Below, one piece after another: positions 63,636-64,000 of a stretch of DNA of 64,000 nt. Location of the stretch: the IMG/VR virus record IMGVR_UViG_3300043418_000072, positions 186,001 through 250,000 of that record; one strand, given 5' to 3'. The position numbers and the translations under genes are program-made. Position 1 is the first letter of the stretch, and each line of letters begins with the position of its first letter. A model generated the notes under the pieces. The model was not told the DNA's origin and made no database searches. It saw only the letters and a list, made by a program, of their open reading frames with translations.

Positions 63636-64000
63636 TTATCCAACTGTCCAAGTTCCAATTGCTGTGTTACCACCAGTTGCACTGATTGGGTTGATACGCA
63701 TTAGTGAACCTGCTGGTACTGTTACAGTTCCCGGAGTCACGCCCCAGCCAATTTGTGGAATTAATGTGCCGCCTGTGGTTACATCAATTGTACCAAACAC
63801 TTCGATAATGTTCGGTGTTCCATTTGCACCACTTGCCGTAACGGCCGATCCTGTTGCAAAACCACTGGTGATGTTGGTATTATTCATTACCGGAGTTGTT
63901 ACTGAGTTAACGCTCACTGCAAAAAAGTTAACACGAGCCAAAGCTGCTGTTCCGGCAAAACCTAAACGCATAGTGCTTGACCCACCTGCACTGCGGCTTA
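63636..64000 (-). CDS. C-terminus of a tail-fibre-like protein (5' end outside window)
   Basis: Thr/Gly-rich beta-strand sequence, GTIDVTTGGTLIPQ; frame appears open to the window end. Confidence 0.6.
   Translation of the reverse strand, partial: SRSAGGSSTMRLGFAGTAALARVNFFAVSVNSVTTPVMNNTNITSGFATGSAVTASGANGTPNIIEVFGTIDVTTGGTLIPQIGWGVTPGTVTVPAGSLMRINPISATGGNTAIGTWTVG

Noticed and set aside
1-64000. Alternative genetic code (stop-codon reassignment, as in some large phages)
   Set aside because: Conserved genes are full length and densely packed under code 11; TAA, TAG (nrdA) and TGA (rpsU) all serve as stops
1-64000. tRNA, rRNA or CRISPR arrays
   Set aside because: No cloverleaf/T-loop signature or regularly spaced repeat-spacer array seen by eye, and intergenic gaps are short. 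A tRNAscan-SE run would be needed to exclude tRNAs formally

Overview
This 64-kb window is an internal piece of a large T4-like (gp41 helicase/gp61 primase, PAAR, class Ia RNR) tailed dsDNA phage genome. It uses the standard genetic code and is coded almost entirely on the minus strand. A Bug/TctC solute-binding protein, a phasin-like gene and a DUF3563-like gene suggest a Betaproteobacterial (Burkholderiales-like) host; this is inference. Content: replication and nucleotide genes (helicase, primase, nrdA/nrdB/glutaredoxin, exonucleases, UvsE), a proteostasis/translation block (ClpP, ClpX, ClpS, Hsp20, bS21), a split RNA-repair set (Rnl1, kinase, phosphoesterase), a sugar/amidino-modification cluster, several cell-wall enzymes, GIY-YIG/HNH homing endonucleases, and a block of small early genes behind near-identical sigma70 promoters. 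Late genes sit behind TAAATA boxes. The most notable observations are: (i) many proteins carry a T4-like capsid-targeting/prohead-protease leader (M-K/R-x-x-E...[L/I]-x-E), some as apparent cleavable polyproteins, including two PolX-like nucleotidyltransferases plus an ATP-dependent ligase-fold protein that could form a virion-delivered repair kit; (ii) a phasin-like gene has a PhaR-type palindrome inside its promoter and lies divergent to a PAKK-repeat protein; (iii) a ROSE-like thermometer precedes hsp20; (iv) leaderless start architecture is frequent alongside a phage bS21; (v) a stem-enclosed GGCAC-repeat leader RNA is present. No tRNA, rRNA or CRISPR array was seen. All family calls come from motif recognition by eye, not database searches.
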